Source: Naegleria gruberi
Taxonomy: Eukaryota
Length of the DNA stretch: 64,000 bases
Reading direction: 5' to 3' (one strand)
NCBI GenBank assembly: GCA_000004985.1
Contig: GG738924.1
Below are positions 63,572-64,000 of the stretch, one piece after another (the first letter of the stretch is position 1; every line of letters starts with the position of its first letter). The position numbers and the translations under genes were made by a program. The notes beneath the pieces are model-generated. The model searched no databases. It saw only the letters and a list, made by a program, of their open reading frames with translations, and was not told where the DNA came from.

Positions 63572-64000
63572 TTAGTTCAACAAATGATCTGAATCAAACT
63601 TGGAAAGCAAAGTAACCAAATTAACACATCTCTCTCCACAACGATCCATTTCAGAACTTCCAATAATCGGCATCTTTTTTCTGACAACCACAACGTGAAT
63701 TTCTCTTGCTTGTAAAAAAGACGAAACTGTGAAATCCAAATCAATTCTTCTCCATTTGATATCTTGCAAGTTTTTCAACATTTTCACTTCAAATTCAACT
63801 TCAAAATAATTATCCCTACAGAGACTTTTGTGTTTGTCGTTGGAAATTCCATCAAATGGTTCAATTTCGGTTCCTTTCCAACTTGCTTTCCTTAATGTTT
63901 CAATTCGCTCATTTAGTCCAGTTTCTCCTTCTCCTTTAGCTGTGAAAAATTCACTCAGTAACGAGACATATTCTGGAGAATCCAAAAAATCCCCACCAAT
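63572..64000 (-). CDS. Hypothetical protein, partial. The 5' end lies beyond the right window edge.
   Basis: The reading frame is open to position 64000 (IGGDFLDSPEYVSLL...). The track start at 63985 is a TTG. Confidence 0.4.
   Translation of the reverse strand: MGGDFLDSPEYVSLLSEFFTAKGEGETGLNERIETLRKASWKGTEIEPFDGISNDKHKSLCRDNYFEVEFEVKMLKNLQDIKWRRIDLDFTVSSFLQAREIHVVVVRKKMPIIGSSEMDRCGERCVNLVTLLSKFDSDHLLN

Noticed and set aside
1-64000. Prokaryotic defence island, CRISPR array or operon structure (the prompt suggested a novel system)
   Set aside because: The window is clearly eukaryotic nuclear DNA. It has spliceosomal introns with GTAAGT/GTATGT donors, an intron-containing tRNA, RPB2, ARL8, CDC123 and F-box proteins. 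There are no direct-repeat/spacer arrays, no Shine-Dalgarno-spaced operons and no phage or transposase genes.

Overview
This window is eukaryotic nuclear DNA, not a prokaryotic island. It is about 68% AT. The evidence for a nuclear origin:
- Spliceosomal introns: many genes carry short introns of 44-138 nt with GTAAGT, GTATGT, GTGAGT or GTAGGT donors and YAG acceptors.
- RNA polymerase genes: an intron-containing tRNA-Leu and three tRNA-Ala(UGC) with the G3:U70 identity pair are present, and an intact RNA polymerase II second-largest subunit (RPB2, 1233 aa) sits at 53537-57238.
- Codon usage is yeast/fungus-like (AGA, TTG, GGT, CCA).

I count about 45 protein-coding genes, mostly single-exon, at roughly one per 1.4 kb. 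Recognisable products:
- pyridoxamine-5'-phosphate oxidase
- a C2-domain protein
- a 2OG-Fe(II) oxygenase (P4H-like, truncated by the window edge)
- a COMM-domain protein
- CDC123
- an ARL8-like GTPase with three exons
- a GNAT acetyltransferase with three exons
- a DUF1445/D-glutamate-cyclase-like protein with three exons
- a divergent EF-2-family GTPase
- a P450-like protein
- a protein-kinase-like ORF
- DUF4116-repeat proteins

Lineage-specific content includes at least five F-box proteins, two of them unusual fusions (F-box plus a Rab-like GTPase, and F-box plus a nucleotidyltransferase fold). Structural observations:
- A tRNA-Ala-linked tandem duplication of a three-exon gene.
- A near-identical ~1.35 kb segmental duplication carrying an extremely Lys/Cys-rich secreted protein.
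- A 50-N scaffold gap flanked by a 213-bp near-identical repeat inside a DUF4116 gene.
- Several genes with apparent single-base frame disruptions or in-frame stops (CDC123; a secreted protein separated from its signal peptide).

The ORF track uses alternative start codons (TTG, GTG), so many track start coordinates were corrected to the first in-frame ATG. There are no CRISPR arrays, no prokaryotic operons and no transposase ORFs. All coordinates were read by eye and splice junctions may be off by 1-2 nt.
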